Of a stretch of DNA of 32,555 bases, positions 32,238 to 32,555 are shown one piece after another (the first letter of the stretch is position 1; every line of letters begins with the position of its first letter). The notes beneath the pieces were generated by a model. The model saw only the letters and a list, made by a program, of their open reading frames with translations, was not told where the DNA came from and did no database searches. Position numbers and translations under genes: made by a program. This DNA is from Candidatus Pacearchaeota archaeon (GTDB lineage: Archaea > Nanobdellota > Nanobdellia > Pacearchaeales > GW2011-AR1), in assembly GCA_002686355.1 (NCBI GenBank), contig NZBV01000022.1, positions 1 to 32,555 of the forward strand. The letters are read 5' to 3'.

Positions 32238-32555
32238 CAAGAGTGAAACTTTTAGTAGTTCTATGCTGAAATTCTCGAGCGAACTCTTGAATCTTACACA
32301 AGAACTCTATCAACGTCGTCTTCTTCGACGGTATTAGTTATCTCGTTTTGCGGATGGCTTCGAGCTTAGATGCATTCAGCTCTTATCCATATAGTGCGTG
32401 GCTATGCAGCCTGCCAATGACAACTGCTCACTAGAGGCACCCAAGTTCCGTTCCTCTCGTACTAGAAACTTGTTCCACTCAGACAACAACACACCTAGTA
32501 GATATCATACAAACTGTCTCGCGACGTTCTTAACCCAGCTAACGATCCCTTTTAA
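32238..32555 (-). rRNA. rrl: 23S rRNA, 3'-terminal ~320 nt (the gene continues beyond the right edge; the 3' end is approximate)
   Basis: The reverse complement contains GGGTTAAGAACGTCGCGAGACAGTTTG, the sarcin-ricin loop AGTACGAGAGGAAC, GCTGAATGCATCTAAGC and GACGACGTTGATAG. These lie in the order found in domain VI of 23S rRNA. Confidence 0.9.

Noticed and set aside
1-32555. CRISPR arrays or cas genes
   Set aside because: No regularly spaced direct repeats of 25-40 bp are visible, and no Cas-like ORFs. The only tandem repeat is the 45-bp coding repeat at 13931-14065.

Overview
This is an AT-rich (roughly one-third G+C by eye), densely packed window with most genes on the minus strand. It comes from a small-genome archaeon, most likely a DPANN-type lineage. 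The evidence is archaeal PCNA, a single-chain PriS/PriL-type primase, Cbf5, TrmY, r-proteins S19e/L39e/L31e, an archaeal type-A RNase P RNA, form III RuBisCO, and TATA boxes about 22-25 nt upstream of start codons (leaderless or short-leader mRNAs).

Housekeeping content: lysS (class II), cysS, RNase HI, acylphosphatase, an HD hydrolase, an Hjc-like nuclease, a histone-fold protein, a YhbY/CRM protein, a stand-alone NFACT-R protein, a Nudix hydrolase and a SAM methyltransferase.

RNA genes: tRNA-Phe(GAA), RNase P RNA, and the 3' end of 23S rRNA at the right edge. A degraded IS5-like element sits next to RNase P RNA.

The most unusual content is in the left 7 kb. A small wHTH gene is followed by a tandemly duplicated, translationally coupled two-gene module. 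Each module has a ~260-276 aa protein with a class III (prepilin-like) signal peptide and a giant cysteine-rich protein. The complete giant copy has two large ectodomains separated by a glycine-zipper multi-helix membrane core. The second giant copy is missing from the supplied ORF track because it runs off the left edge.

Further cell-surface genes follow. These are a 605-aa alpha/alpha-toroid-like protein with Cys-rich stalk modules and a Pro/Arg-rich tail, a 343-aa protein sharing the stalk module, a membrane-anchored ComEA-like HhH protein with an acidic tandem repeat, and a 303-aa sequon-rich surface protein. Together they suggest a surface or host-contact gene repertoire that I cannot assign to any characterised system.

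I saw no CRISPR array. RNA gene ends and several start codons are approximate because everything was read by eye.
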